Below the pieces are notes generated by a model that did not search any database, was not told the DNA's origin, and worked only from the letters and a program-made list of their open reading frames with translations. Shown here in pieces: positions 35,351-50,700 of a stretch of 64,000 nucleotides of DNA. Origin of the DNA: Nemertoderma westbladi. Its lineage: Eukaryota > Animalia > Xenacoelomorpha. The stretch covers positions 62,001 through 126,000 of the forward strand of contig JAUCBJ010008178.1 of assembly GCA_032718475.1 (NCBI GenBank), read 5' to 3'. Position 1 is the stretch's first letter; each line of letters opens with the position of its first letter. The translations under genes and the position numbers were made by a program.

Positions 35351-37474
35351 ATTCACCGACCTCCGTGCCATCATCCATCCACCTTATATATCAGCTATGC
35401 AACATTTACTATTCATAATAACTCTTATCTTATATTTTAATCTATGCAACTAACAAATCCTTTGTTATATATTTAGTAGGTTTGATTACATTCTGTGGTT
35501 CAGTAATAATGTTCTGTATTTTGCCTTTTGTCCGCATATTTCCTGAATATATCTGAAAAAATCGCGCGTCATGGCGTCGTGGCAATCATGGTTGTCAATT
35601 ATATTGTTCTTATCTATTTTAGTTTGTTGTGCCTTGGTATTTTTTGGACCATCAAACACATTGGAGACCAATCCATAATTTTGAAGACTATTTCATGATA
35701 ATAAATATTTAGCATTAGTTACATTTATTAATAATTTATTTAAAAGATTTTTAGTGAACGGAATTTAAGACTATTTAGTTACCTTTTTGTTAATTGAATC
35801 GAATGGTTTATAATTTGTTGATAATGTCAATCAAGTGCCAACAGTAATTGAATTGATTTCTGATTATTTCATTTATTCTACCAATTACTTGTAAACTATT
35901 CTTAGTCAATTATTATCGTAATAAATTATTTAGGCTCGGAATTCACTATAACTAATTCATATATTTTTTGTTATATTTTATTAAATATCATTCTATGTTG
36001 CTTGTGTTGCTAACAATTTGCCTTATTTAGCATGCTAACATAGTCTCATAAAAACCATTCCCTTTTCCCCTTTGGTGCCTAACTAACTATGCCTAATTAA
36101 CTAATTATATTATTAGTTGTTGTCCTTACATTGTTGGTGCGATCAATAGTATTAATTTTTACACAGTATATTATTATTTAGTTAACATTCCCATAGATAT
36201 TAGTTCGGCTTTCATTGTAATTGTGGTTCTACCAATTTGTTCAATCAATAAATGTATACGTATGATAATTTTAGGATACTTTTAGTTGGGCCATGTAAAT
36301 ATCTCATTACGGTTGCGTCTTTAATTAAAAATTACTTGACTCAAATCATTTTGTCGGTTCCTGTGTATGCGGGTAACCATAGTAACCACTTCGACACTTC
36401 ATTAAGTCGTTAATATGCAAACAAACAGACAATTATTAATTTAGTACGTAATATCAGATATTATGGCGTTTCGAATTGATGCAGATATTCCATCAGTATG
36501 TCACCCTGCTAGTGTACAATGCCTAATGGTACATGGCAGTATATTCTATCGTTTAGGCTGTACGTACAGCGCTGCAGGTCTCTTACGCGGGTCCAATTCT
36601 TAGATGAGGTACCGTGAATGAAGTAAATATCAACTAAATAATACGTCGTTAAATAATATAGAATAATGTGTGTTTGTTACTGTAACGTAGATTTATATAT
36701 TATGATCATGGTCTACTTTATACCTGTTACTTGTAATAAACACTAATATTATACTGTTTTTAATAATTGGATGTATTATTTATTTTTATGATAATAATAT
36801 GTAATAAGAAATACGGAATACATTATAATTAACAATTTGAATTGATTTCTTTACTTTTAAAGACAACTATTTATTGTGGGAGCTTTTTGACTGGTTGAAC
36901 TTTCATTTTGACGAATCGAACATTTGAGAATTCCATCGATCATTCTTGACCTAATAAAACAGATTATTACATTGGTCATCCTAGAGATATATTCTCTCAT
37001 ATATTCTCAACCTGTTTAACTGATTCATTGAACGCCTTGAAGTCGGTTCGTGGAACACTTTAAACATCCTAGAGATGCCAGATTATAGTGCGTCCTGATC
37101 TCTACAAAAGGCAATTCATTTACCGTTATTGTATAATTAACCTGTGCGACCAATAATATATGTGGCAAAATACGCACAACTTTATAAGTCGTTTATCAAT
37201 AAAATATCAGCAGCGGGTAATATATTAATTACTATATTTCGGCATATATAACAACTTGAGGGGGTACAAATAAAGGTATGAGATCTTTTAATTAATTTAC
37301 TGTAAATTATTGACACAATGAAAGAGCTATTTTGTGCATTAGGGATGTGAGTTTTCCCAAAATATCCAGGAATTTTCGGAAAAGTATACTTCACGCGTAG
37401 TTACGCCCACAAGATCCAAGACGCCGAACCACTTTCTACACGTTCTACACGTCCAGTTTCTAGTGTTTACTCTA

Positions 37475-37857
37475 GTAATAATAATAATAATATTCCCTAT
37501 ACACCCACGAATGAGTTAGGGTCTAGCTACTGTAGTTGCACTTCGCACAATGACGGTTGAACCACATTACTGAAGTATATTTTTTGTTGCAATGGGGGCA
37601 GGTGAAACGTTGCCCCTCTGAGTCCAATTTAGTTCCCCAGTTCCGTACTGCAGACCGGAAATTAGATCGATTGTCTATCAGTGACTGACTGTGGGACCCG
37701 ATAGTATCAGACATATCCTTGCTGGCGTCACGTATATAGCAGAGGTGTCTACCTAGTTTATTACCATTCGCCCGGGCGAAGAGTAGATCTCGGCAGGGGA
37801 TGTCATGTCTGAGCACATGGCCTATTAGGTTCATGCGCCGTATCCTGATGCGTTGAA
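37475..37857 (-). mobile_element. 5'-truncated RTE-like non-LTR retrotransposon
   Basis: 15-bp TSD ctagtgtttactcta (37460-37474, 37858-37872). The minus ORF IRIRRMNLIGHVLRH...DNRSNFRSAV...FTCPHCNKKY....WFNRH matches an RTE C-terminus; (TAT)n tail. Confidence 0.85.
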
Positions 37858-38516
37858 CTAGTGTTTACTCTACTTGTGTTTTACTATGTGTTTTCAGAAT
37901 GTGTATAAACTGGCAAAATAGCACACGTAGGATATATTATATTGTGAAAGAGTTAAAATTGAAAATGTATTAATTTTCGAATTTGTGTTCAATATAAAAC
38001 ATATTGAATCATTATTGTGATATTATGATATGAAATATCATATAGTTAATAATGAAATTGACAAAACACAAAAATCACAATCACTATTTTAGTTCAAATC
38101 TTATTATTTTATGTAATTAATAAGAGGATATTTCTGTAAATATTTACTATTCAAAGTAAACTATATATATATATAATAAATTTATAAAATAGCAAATTTC
38201 CGGAAAAATGAGTAAGAAATTTACGGAATTTTCTTAACAGACTCAAATCCCGGCGAATTCATCTCGAAGTTTTTCCCCACGACAGAGTTCACATTATAAT
38301 TGCGTAAATACCCCCCCCCCCCCCTCCCTTCAATAATCACAAATGATTACATCAGATGGTTTCCCCCAACAATGTAATTTACTACACATTATTCGTAAGA
38401 TTTATTATTTTGAAATATCAACATAAAATGTTGAGAAGTCTTTTTTTGTGCAAGACGTCAGTAACATAAAATATCTAACGTGTGGCAGCAAATTGTTCTA
38501 TTGTATATAGCGCCAT

Positions 38517-38696
38517 CTACCGAGAGTAACTGGGACCGCTGTATATGTCCGTGTATGGAATATCTTCCTTGCGGAATATGAGAACACAAGCGCTCACCAT
38601 AGCCAGAAACATAATCACTGCGAACCCAATAGCGACTCCAGCAATCACAGCCAGATTGTCTTTAAATAAATCTTCAATCGTTGGGGAACATCCCTC
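38517..38696 (-). CDS. TSPAN3: Tetraspanin (TSPAN3-like) coding exon 2: EGC motif, TM4, cytoplasmic tail with YxxPhi (YTDI)
   Basis: ttacag|GAG GGA TGT...; EGCSPTIEDLFKDNLAVIAGVAIGFAVIMFLAMVSACVLIFRKEDIPYTDIYSGPSYSR*; phase 0 joins the exon ending at 52271. Confidence 0.9.
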   Translation of the reverse strand, partial: EGCSPTIEDLFKDNLAVIAGVAIGFAVIMFLAMVSACVLIFRKEDIPYTDIYSGPSYSR

Positions 38697-38732
38697 CTGT
38701 AACATAGTGAATGGAAAACCGTCTTTATAAAA

Positions 38733-41700
38733 TGGCGGTGTTATGGTGAGTAAACGCTACACCGACAACCAAGGCCATGGCAGTGTTATGGGGTGTAAAC
38801 GCTACACCGACAACCAAGGCCATGGCAGTGTTATGGTGAGTAAACGCTACACCGACAGCCAAGGCCATTGCAGGGTTATGGTGTGTAAACGCTACACCGA
38901 CAACCAAGGCCATGGCAGTGTTATGGGGTGTAAACGCTACACCGACAACCAAGGCCATGGCAGTGTTATGGTATGTAAACGCTACACCAAGAACCAAGGC
39001 CATGGCAGTGTTATGGGGTGTAAATGCTACACCGACAACCAAAGCCATGGCAGTCTTATGGGGTGTAAACGCTACACCAACAACCAAGGCCATGGTAGTG
39101 TTATGGGGTGTTAACGCTACACCAACAACCAAAGCCATGGCAGTGTTATGGGGTGTAAACGCTAAACCGACAACCAAAGCCATGGCAGTGTTATGGGTTG
39201 TAAACGCTAAACCGACAACCACGGCCAAGGCAGTGTTATGGGGTGTAAACGCTACACCAACAACCAAGGCCATGGCAGAGTTATGGTGTGTTAACGCTAC
39301 ACCAACAACCAAGGCCATGGCAGTGTTATGGGGTGTAAACGCTACACCGACAACCAAAGCCATGGCAGTCTTATGGGGTGTAAACGCTACACCAACAATC
39401 AAAGCCATGGCAGTGTTATGGGGTGTAAACGCTACACCGACAACCAAGACCATGGCAGTGTTATGGGGTGTAAACGCTACACCGACAACCAAGGCCATGG
39501 CAGTGTTATGGGGTGTAAACGCTACACCGACAACCAAAGCCATGGCAGTGTTATGGGGTGTAAACGCTACACCGACAACCAAGGCGGTGTGTAAACGCTA
39601 CACCGACAACCAAAGCCATGGAAGTGTTATGGTATGTAAACGCTACACCAACAACCAAGGCCATGGCAGTGTTATGGGGTGTAAATGCTACACCGACAAC
39701 CAAAGCCATGGCAGTCTTATGGGGTGTAAACGCTACACCAACAATCAAAGCCATGGCAGTGTTATGGGGTGTAAACGCTACACCGACAACCAAGACCATG
39801 GCAGTGTTATGGGTGTAAACGCTACACCGACAACCAAGGCCATGGCAGTGTTATGGGGTGTAAACGCTACACCGACAACCAAAGCCATGGCAGTGTTATG
39901 GGGTTTAAACGCTACACCGACAACCAAGGCGGTGTGTAAACGCTACACCGACGAAGTGTTATGGTGTGTAAACGCTACACCAACAACCAAGGCCATGGCA
40001 GTGTTATGGGGTGTAAACGCTACATAGATAACCAAGGCCATGGCAGTGTTATGGGGTGTAAACGCTAAACCGACAACCAAAGCCATGGCAGTGTTATGGG
40101 GTGTAAACGCTAAACCGACAACCACGGCCAAGGCAGTGTTATGGGGTGTAAACGCTACACCAACAACCAAGGCCATGGCAGAGTTATGGTGTGTTAACGC
40201 TACACCAACAACCAAGGCCATGGCAGTGTTATGGGGTGTAAACGCTACACCGACAACCAAAGCCATGGCAGTCTTATGGGGTGTAAACGCTACACCAACA
40301 ATCAAAGCCATGGCAGTGTTATGGGGTGTAAACGCTACACCGACAACCAAGACCATGGCAGTGTTATGGGGTGTAAACGCTACACCGACAACCAAGGCCA
40401 TGGCAGTGTTATGGGGTGTAAACGCTACACCGACAACCAAAGCCATGGCAGTGTTATGGGGTGTAAACGCTACACCGACAACCAAGGCGGTGTGTAAACG
40501 CTACACCGACAACCAAAGCCATGGAAGTGTTATGGTATGTAAACGCTACACCAACAACCAAGGCCATGGCAGTGTTATGGGGTGTAAATGCTACACCGAC
40601 AACCAAAGCCATGGCAGTCTTATGGGGTGTAAACGCTACACCAACAATCAAAGCCATGGCAGTGTTATGGGGTGTAAACGCTACACCGACAACCAAGACC
40701 ATGGCAGTGTTATGGGGTGTAAACGCTACACCGACAACCAAGGCCATGGCAGTGTTATGGGGTGTAAACGCTACACCGACAACCAAAGCCATGGCAGTGT
40801 TATGGGGTTTAAACGCTACACCGACAACCAAAGCCATGGAAGTGTTATGGTGTGTAAACGCTACACCAACAACCAAGGCCATGGCAGTGTTATGGGGTGT
40901 AAACGCTACATAGACAACCAAGGCCATGGCAGTGTTATGGGGTGTAAACGCTACACCAACAACCAAAGCCATAGAAGTGTTATGGTGTGTAAACGCTACA
41001 CCAACAACCAAGGCCATGGCAGTGTTATGGGGTGTAAACGCTACACCAACAACCAAGGCCATGGTAGTGTTATGGGGTGTTAACGCTACACCAACAACCA
41101 AAGCCATGGCAGTGTTATGGGGTGTAAACGCTAAACCGACAACCAAAGCCATGGCAGTGTTATGGGGTGTAAACGCTAAACCGACAACCACGGCCAAGGC
41201 AGTGTTATGGGGTGTAAACGCTACACCAACAACCAAGGCCATGGCAGAGTTATGGTGTGTTAACGCTACACCAACAACCAAGGCCATGGCAGTGTTATGG
41301 GGTGTAAACGCTACACCGACAACCAAAGCCATGGCAGTCTTATGGGGTGTAAACGCTACACCAACAATCAAAGCCATGGCAGTGTTATGGGGTGTAAACG
41401 CTACACCGACAACCAAGACCATGGCAGTGTTATGGGGTGTAAACGCTACACCGACAACCAAGGCCATGGCAGTGTTATGGGGTGTAAACGCTACACCGAG
41501 AACCAAAGCCATGGCAGTGTTATGGGGTGTAAACGCTACACCGACAACCAAGGCGGTGTGTAAACGCTACACCGACAACCAAAGCCATGGAAGTGTTATG
41601 GTATGTAAACGCTACACCAACAACCAAGGCCATGGCAGTGTTATGGGGTGTAAATGCTACACCGACAACCAAAGCCATGGCAGTCTTATGGGGTGTAAAC

Positions 41701-44700
41701 GCTACACCAATAATCAAAGCCATGGCAGTGTTATGGGGTGTAAACGCTACACCGACAACCAAGACCATGGCAGTGTTATGGGGTGTAAACGCTACACCGA
41801 CAACCAATGCCATGGCAGTGTTATGGGGTGTAAACGCTACACCGACAACCAAAGCCATGGCAGTGTTATGGGGTGTAAACGCTACACCGACAACCAAGGC
41901 GGTGTGTAAACGCTACACCGACAACCAAAGCCATGGAAGTGTTATGGTATGTAAACGCTACACCAACAACCAAGGCCATGGCAGTGTTATGGGGTGTAAA
42001 TGCTACACCGACAACCAAAGCCATGGCAGTCTTATGGGGTGTAAACGCTACACCAACAATCAAAGCCATGGCAGTGTTATGGGGTGTAAACGCTACACCG
42101 ACAACCAAGACCATGGCAGTGTTATGGGGTGTAAACGCTACACCGACAACCAAGGCCATGGCAGTGTTATGGGGTGTAAACGCTACACCGACAACCAAAG
42201 CCATGGCAGTGTTATGGGGTTTAAACGCTACACCGACAACCAAAGCCATGGAAGTGTTATGGTGTGTAAACGCTACACCAACAACCAAGGCCATGGCAGT
42301 GTTATGGGGTGTAAACGCTACATAGACAACCAAGGCCATGGCAGTGTTATGGGGTGTAAACGCTACACCAACAATCAAAGCCATGGCAGTGTTATGGGGT
42401 GTAAACGCTACACCGACAACCAAGACCATGGCAGTGTTATGGGGTGTAAACGCTACACCGACAACCAAGGCCATGGCAGTGTTATGGGGTGTAAACGCTA
42501 CACCGACAACCAAAGCCATGGCAGTGTTATGGGGTTTAAACGCTACACCGACAACCAAAGCCATGGAAGTGTTATGGTGTGTAAACGCTACACCAACAAC
42601 CAAGGCCATGGCAGTGTTATGGGGTGTAAACGCTACATAGACAACCAAGGCCATGGCAGTGTTATGGGGTGTAAACGCTACACCAACAACCAAAGCCATA
42701 GAAGTGTTATGGTGTGTAAACGCTACACCAACAACCAAGGCCATGGCAGTGTTATGGGGTGTAAACGCTACACCAACAACCAAGGCCATGGTAGTGTTAT
42801 GGGGTGTTAACGCTACACCAACAACCAAAGCCATGGCAGTGTTATGGGGTGTAAACGCTAAACCGACAACCAAAGCCATGGCAGTGTTATGGGGTGTAAA
42901 CGCTAAACCGACAACCACGGCCAAGGCAGTGTTATGGGGTGTAAACGCTACACCAACAACCAAGGCCATGGCAGAGTTATGGTGTGTTAACGCTACACCA
43001 ACAACCAAGGCCATGGCAGTGTTATGGGGTGTAAACGCTACACCGACAACCAAAGCCATGGCAGTCTTATGGGGTGTAAACGCTACACCAACAATCAAAG
43101 CCATGGCAGTGTTATGGGGTGTAAACGCTACACCGACAACCAAGACCATGGCAGTGTTATGGGGTGTAAACGCTACACCGACAACCAAGGCCATGGCAGT
43201 GTTATGGGGTGTAAACGCTACACCGAGAACCAAAGCCATGGCAGTGTTATGGGGTGTAAACGCTACACCGACAACCAAGGCGGTGTGTAAACGCTACACC
43301 GACAACCAAAGCCATGGAAGTGTTATGGTATGTAAACGCTACACCAACAACCAAGGCCATGGCAGTGTTATGGGGTGTAAATGCTACACCGACAACCAAA
43401 GCCATGGCAGTCTTATGGGGTGTAAACGCTACACCAACAATCAAAGCCATGGCAGTGTTATGGGGTGTAAACGCTACACCGACAACCAGGACCATGGCAG
43501 TGTTATGGGGTGTAAACGCTACACCGACAACCAAGGCCATGGCAGTGTTATGGGGTGTAAACGCTACACCGACAACCAAAGCCATGGCAGTGTTATGGGG
43601 TTTAAACGCTACACCGACAACCAAGGCGGTGTGTAAACGCTACACCGACAACCAAAGCCATGGAAGTGTTATGGTGTGTAAACGCTACACCAACAACCAA
43701 GGCCATGGCAGTGTTATGGGGTGTAAACGCTACATAGACAACCAAGGCTATGGCAGTGTTATGGGGTGTAAACGCTACACCAACAACCAAAGCCATAGAA
43801 GTGTTATGGTGTGTAAACGCTACACCAACAACCAAGGCCATGGCAGTGTTATGGGGTGTAAACGCTACACCAACAACCAAAGCCATGGAAGTGTTATGGG
43901 GTGTAAACGCTACACCGACAACCAAGACCATGGTAGTGTTATGGTGTGTAAACGCTACACCAACAACCAAGGCCATGACAGTGTTATGGGGTGTAAACGC
44001 TACACCAACAACCAAGACCATGGTAGTGTTATGGGGTGTAAACGCTACATAGACAACCAAGGCCATGGCGGTGTTATGGGGTGTAAACGCAACACCGATA
44101 ACCAAAGCCATGGAAGTGTTATGGTGTGTAAACGCTACACCGACAACCAAGGCCATGGCGGTGTTATGGGGTGTAAACGCTACACCGACAACCAAGGCCA
44201 TGGCGGTGTTATGGAGTGTAAACGCTACACAGACAACCAAGGCCATGGCGGTGTTATGGGGTGCAAACGCTACACCGACAACCAAAGCCATGGAAGTGTT
44301 ATGGTGTGTAAACGCTACACCGACAACCAAGGCCATGGCAGTGTTTTGGGGTGTAAACGCTACACCGACAACCAAGGCCATGGCGGTGTTATGGGGTGTA
44401 AACGCTACACCGACAACCAAAGCCATGGCAGTGTTATGGGGTGTAAACGCTAAACCGACAACCACGGCCAAGGCAGTGTTATGGGGTGTAAACGCTACAC
44501 CAACAACCAAGGCCATGGCAGAGTTATGGTGTGTTAACGCTACACCAACAACCAAGGCCATGGCAGTGTTATGGGGTGTAAACGCTACACCGACAACCAA
44601 AGCCATGGCAGTCTTATGGGGTGTAAACGCTACACCAACAATCAAAGCCATGGCAGTGTTATGGGGTGTAAACGCTACACCGACAACCAAGACCATGGCA

Positions 44701-47700
44701 GTGTTATGGGGTGTAAACGCTACACCGACAACCAAGGCCATGGCAGTGTTATGGGGTGTAAACGCTACACCGAGAACCAAAGCCATGGCAGTGTTATGGG
44801 GTGTAAACGCTACACCGACAACCAAGGCGGTGTGTAAACGCTACACCGACAACCAAAGCCATGGAAGTGTTATGGTATGTAAACGCTACACCAACAACCA
44901 AGGCCATGGCAGTGTTATGGGGTGTAAATGCTACACCGACAACCAAAGCCATGGCAGTCTTATGGGGTGTAAACGCTACACCAATAATCAAAGCCATGGC
45001 AGTGTTATGGGGTGTAAACGCTACACCGACAACCAAGACCATGGCAGTGTTATGGGGTGTAAACGCTACACCGACAACCAATGCCATGGCAGTGTTATGG
45101 GGTGTAAACGCTACACCGACAACCAAAGCCATGGCAGTGTTATGGGGTGTAAACGCTACACCGACAACCAAGGCGGTGTGTAAACGCTACACCGACAACC
45201 AAAGCCATGGAAGTGTTATGGTATGTAAACGCTACACCAACAACCAAGGCCATGGCAGTGTTATGGGGTGTAAATGCTACACCGACAACCAAAGCCATGG
45301 CAGTCTTATGGGGTGTAAACGCTACACCAACAATCAAAGCCATGGCAGTGTTATGGGGTGTAAACGCTACACCGACAACCAAGACCATGGCAGTGTTATG
45401 GGGTGTAAACGCTACACCGACAACCAAGGCCATGGCAGTGTTATGGGGTGTAAACGCTACACCGACAACCAAAGCCATGGCAGTGTTATGGGGTTTAAAC
45501 GCTACACCGACAACCAAAGCCATGGAAGTGTTATGGTGTGTAAACGCTACACCAACAACCAAGGCCATGGCAGTGTTATGGGGTGTAAACGCTACATAGA
45601 CAACCAAGGCCATGGCAGTGTTATGGGGTGTAAACGCTACACCAACAATCAAAGCCATGGCAGTGTTATGGGGTGTAAACGCTACACCGACAACCAAGAC
45701 CATGGCAGTGTTATGGGGTGTAAACGCTACACCGACAACCAAGGCCATGGCAGTGTTATGGGGTGTAAACGCTACACCGACAACCAAAGCCATGGCAGTG
45801 TTATGGGGTTTAAACGCTACACCGACAACCAAAGCCATGGAAGTGTTATGGTGTGTAAACGCTACACCAACAACCAAGGCCATGGCAGTGTTATGGGGTG
45901 TAAACGCTACATAGACAACCAAGGCCATGGCAGTGTTATGGGGTGTAAACGCTACACCAACAACCAAAGCCATAGAAGTGTTATGGTGTGTAAACGCTAC
46001 ACCAACAACCAAGGCCATGGCAGTGTTATGGGGTGTAAACGCTACACCAACAACCAAGGCCATGGTAGTGTTATGGGGTGTTAACGCTACACCAACAACC
46101 AAAGCCATGGCAGTGTTATGGGGTGTAAACGCTAAACCGACAACCAAAGCCATGGCAGTGTTATGGGGTGTAAACGCTAAACCGACAACCACGGCCAAGG
46201 CAGTGTTATGGGGTGTAAACGCTACACCAACAACCAAGGCCATGGCAGAGTTATGGTGTGTTAACGCTACACCAACAACCAAGGCCATGGCAGTGTTATG
46301 GGGTGTAAACGCTACACCGACAACCAAAGCCATGGCAGTCTTATGGGGTGTAAACGCTACACCAACAATCAAAGCCATGGCAGTGTTATGGGGTGTAAAC
46401 GCTACACCGACAACCAAGACCATGGCAGTGTTATGGGGTGTAAACGCTACACCGACAACCAAGGCCATGGCAGTGTTATGGGGTGTAAACGCTACACCGA
46501 GAACCAAAGCCATGGCAGTGTTATGGGGTGTAAACGCTACACCGACAACCAAGGCGGTGTGTAAACGCTACACCGACAACCAAAGCCATGGAAGTGTTAT
46601 GGTATGTAAACGCTACACCAACAACCAAGGCCATGGCAGTGTTATGGGGTGTAAATGCTACACCGACAACCAAAGCCATGGCAGTCTTATGGGGTGTAAA
46701 CGCTACACCAACAATCAAAGCCATGGCAGTGTTATGGGGTGTAAACGCTACACCGACAACCAGGACCATGGCAGTGTTATGGGGTGTAAACGCTACACCG
46801 ACAACCAAGGCCATGGCAGTGTTATGGGGTGTAAACGCTACACCGACAACCAAAGCCATGGCAGTGTTATGGGGTTTAAACGCTACACCGACAACCAAGG
46901 CGGTGTGTAAACGCTACACCGACAACCAAAGCCATGGAAGTGTTATGGTGTGTAAACGCTACACCAACAACCAAGGCCATGGCAGTGTTATGGGGTGTAA
47001 ACGCTACATAGACAACCAAGGCTATGGCAGTGTTATGGGGTGTAAACGCTACACCAACAACCAAAGCCATAGAAGTGTTATGGTGTGTAAACGCTACACC
47101 AACAACCAAGGCCATGGCAGTGTTATGGGGTGTAAACGCTACACCAACAACCAAAGCCATGGAAGTGTTATGGGGTGTAAACGCTACACCGACAACCAAG
47201 ACCATGGTAGTGTTATGGTGTGTAAACGCTACACCAACAACCAAGGCCATGACAGTGTTATGGGGTGTAAACGCTACACCAACAACCAAGACCATGGCGG
47301 TGTTATGGAGTGTAAACGCTACACAGACAACCAAGGCCATGGCGGTGTTATGGGGTGCAAACGCTACACCGACAACCAAAGCCATGGAAGTGTTATGGTG
47401 TGTAAACGCTACACCGACAACCAAGGCCATGGCAGTGTTTTGGGGTGTAAACGCTACACCGACAACCAAGGCCATGGCGGTGTTATGGGGTGTAAACGCT
47501 ACACCGACAACCAAAGCCATGGCAGTGTTATGGGGTGTAAACGCTAAACCGACAACCACGGCCAAGGCAGTGTTATGGGGTGTAAACGCTACACCAACAA
47601 CCAAGGCCATGGCAGAGTTATGGTGTGTTAACGCTACACCAACAACCAAGGCCATGGCAGTGTTATGGGGTGTAAACGCTACACCGACAACCAAAGCCAT

Positions 47701-50700
47701 GGCAGTCTTATGGGGTGTAAACGCTACACCAACAATCAAAGCCATGGCAGTGTTATGGGGTGTAAACGCTACACCAACAACCAAGGCCATGACAGTGTTA
47801 TGGGGTGTAAACGCTACACCAACAACCAAGACCATGGTAGTGTTATGGGGTGTAAACGCTACATAGACAACCAAGGCCATGGCGGTGTTATGGGGTGTAA
47901 ACGCAACACCGATAACCAAAGCCATGGAAGTGTTATGGTGTGTAAACGCTACACCGACAACCAAGGCCATGGCGGTGTTATGGGGTGTAAACGCTACACC
48001 GACAACCAAGGCCATGGCGGTGTTATGGAGTGTAAACGCTACACAGACAACCAAGGCCATGGCGGTGTTATGGGGTGCAAACGCTACACCGACAACCAAA
48101 GCCATGGAAGTGTTATGGTGTGTAAACGCTACACCGACAACCAAGGCCATGGCAGTGTTTTGGGGTGTAAACGCTACACCGACAACCAAGGCCATGGCGG
48201 TGTTATGGGGTGTAAACGCTACACCGACAACCAAAGCCATGGCAGTGTTATGGGGTGTAAACGCTAAACCGACAACCACGGCCAAGGCAGTGTTATGGGG
48301 TGTAAACGCTACACCAACAACCAAGGCCATGGCAGAGTTATGGTGTGTTAACGCTACACCAACAACCAAGGCCATGGCAGTGTTATGGGGTGTAAACGCT
48401 ACACCGACAACCAAAGCCATGGCAGTCTTATGGGGTGTAAACGCTACACCAACAATCAAAGCCATGGCAGTGTTATGGGGTGTAAACGCTACACCGACAA
48501 CCAAGACCATGGCAGTGTTATGGGGTGTAAACGCTACACCGACAACCAAGGCCATGGCAGTGTTATGGGGTGTAAACGCTACACCGAGAACCAAAGCCAT
48601 GGCAGTGTTATGGGGTGTAAACGCTACACCGACAACCAAGGCGGTGTGTAAACGCTACACCGACAACCAAAGCCATGGAAGTGTTATGGTATGTAAACGC
48701 TACACCAACAACCAAGGCCATGGCAGTGTTATGGGGTGTAAATGCTACACCGACAACCAAAGCCATGGCAGTCTTATGGGGTGTAAACGCTACACCAATA
48801 ATCAAAGCCATGGCAGTGTTATGGGGTGTAAACGCTACACCGACAACCAAGACCATGGCAGTGTTATGGGGTGTAAACGCTACACCGACAACCAATGCCA
48901 TGGCAGTGTTATGGGGTGTAAACGCTACACCGACAACCAAAGCCATGGCAGTGTTATGGGGTGTAAACGCTACACCGACAACCAAGGCGGTGTGTAAACG
49001 CTACACCGACAACCAAAGCCATGGAAGTGTTATGGTATGTAAACGCTACACCAACAACCAAGGCCATGGCAGTGTTATGGGGTGTAAATGCTACACCGAC
49101 AACCAAAGCCATGGCAGTCTTATGGGGTGTAAACGCTACACCAACAATCAAAGCCATGGCAGTGTTATGGGGTGTAAACGCTACACCGACAACCAAGACC
49201 ATGGCAGTGTTATGGGGTGTAAACGCTACACCGACAACCAAGGCCATGGCAGTGTTATGGGGTGTAAACGCTACACCGACAACCAAAGCCATGGCAGTGT
49301 TATGGGGTTTAAACGCTACACCGACAACCAAAGCCATGGAAGTGTTATGGTGTGTAAACGCTACACCAACAACCAAGGCCATGGCAGTGTTATGGGGTGT
49401 AAACGCTACATAGACAACCAAGGCCATGGCAGTGTTATGGGGTGTAAACGCTACACCAACAATCAAAGCCATGGCAGTGTTATGGGGTGTAAACGCTACA
49501 CCGACAACCAAGACCATGGCAGTGTTATGGGGTGTAAACGCTACACCGACAACCAAGGCCATGGCAGTGTTATGGGGTGTAAACGCTACACCGACAACCA
49601 AAGCCATGGCAGTGTTATGGGGTTTAAACGCTACACCGACAACCAAAGCCATGGAAGTGTTATGGTGTGTAAACGCTACACCAACAACCAAGGCCATGGC
49701 AGTGTTATGGGGTGTAAACGCTACATAGACAACCAAGGCCATGGCAGTGTTATGGGGTGTAAACGCTACACCAACAACCAAAGCCATAGAAGTGTTATGG
49801 TGTGTAAACGCTACACCAACAACCAAGGCCATGGCAGTGTTATGGGGTGTAAACGCTACACCAACAACCAAGGCCATGGTAGTGTTATGGGGTGTTAACG
49901 CTACACCAACAACCAAAGCCATGGCAGTGTTATGGGGTGTAAACGCTAAACCGACAACCAAAGCCATGGCAGTGTTATGGGGTGTAAACGCTAAACCGAC
50001 AACCACGGCCAAGGCAGTGTTATGGGGTGTAAACGCTACACCAACAACCAAGGCCATGGCAGAGTTATGGTGTGTTAACGCTACACCAACAACCAAGGCC
50101 ATGGCAGTGTTATGGGGTGTAAACGCTACACCGACAACCAAAGCCATGGCAGTCTTATGGGGTGTAAACGCTACACCAACAATCAAAGCCATGGCAGTGT
50201 TATGGGGTGTAAACGCTACACCGACAACCAAGACCATGGCAGTGTTATGGGGTGTAAACGCTACACCGACAACCAAGGCCATGGCAGTGTTATGGGGTGT
50301 AAACGCTACACCGAGAACCAAAGCCATGGCAGTGTTATGGGGTGTAAACGCTACACCGACAACCAAGGCGGTGTGTAAACGCTACACCGACAACCAAAGC
50401 CATGGAAGTGTTATGGTATGTAAACGCTACACCAACAACCAAGGCCATGGCAGTGTTATGGGGTGTAAATGCTACACCGACAACCAAAGCCATGGCAGTC
50501 TTATGGGGTGTAAACGCTACACCAACAATCAAAGCCATGGCAGTGTTATGGGGTGTAAACGCTACACCGACAACCAGGACCATGGCAGTGTTATGGGGTG
50601 TAAACGCTACACCGACAACCAAGGCCATGGCAGTGTTATGGGGTGTAAACGCTACACCGACAACCAAAGCCATGGCAGTGTTATGGGGTTTAAACGCTAC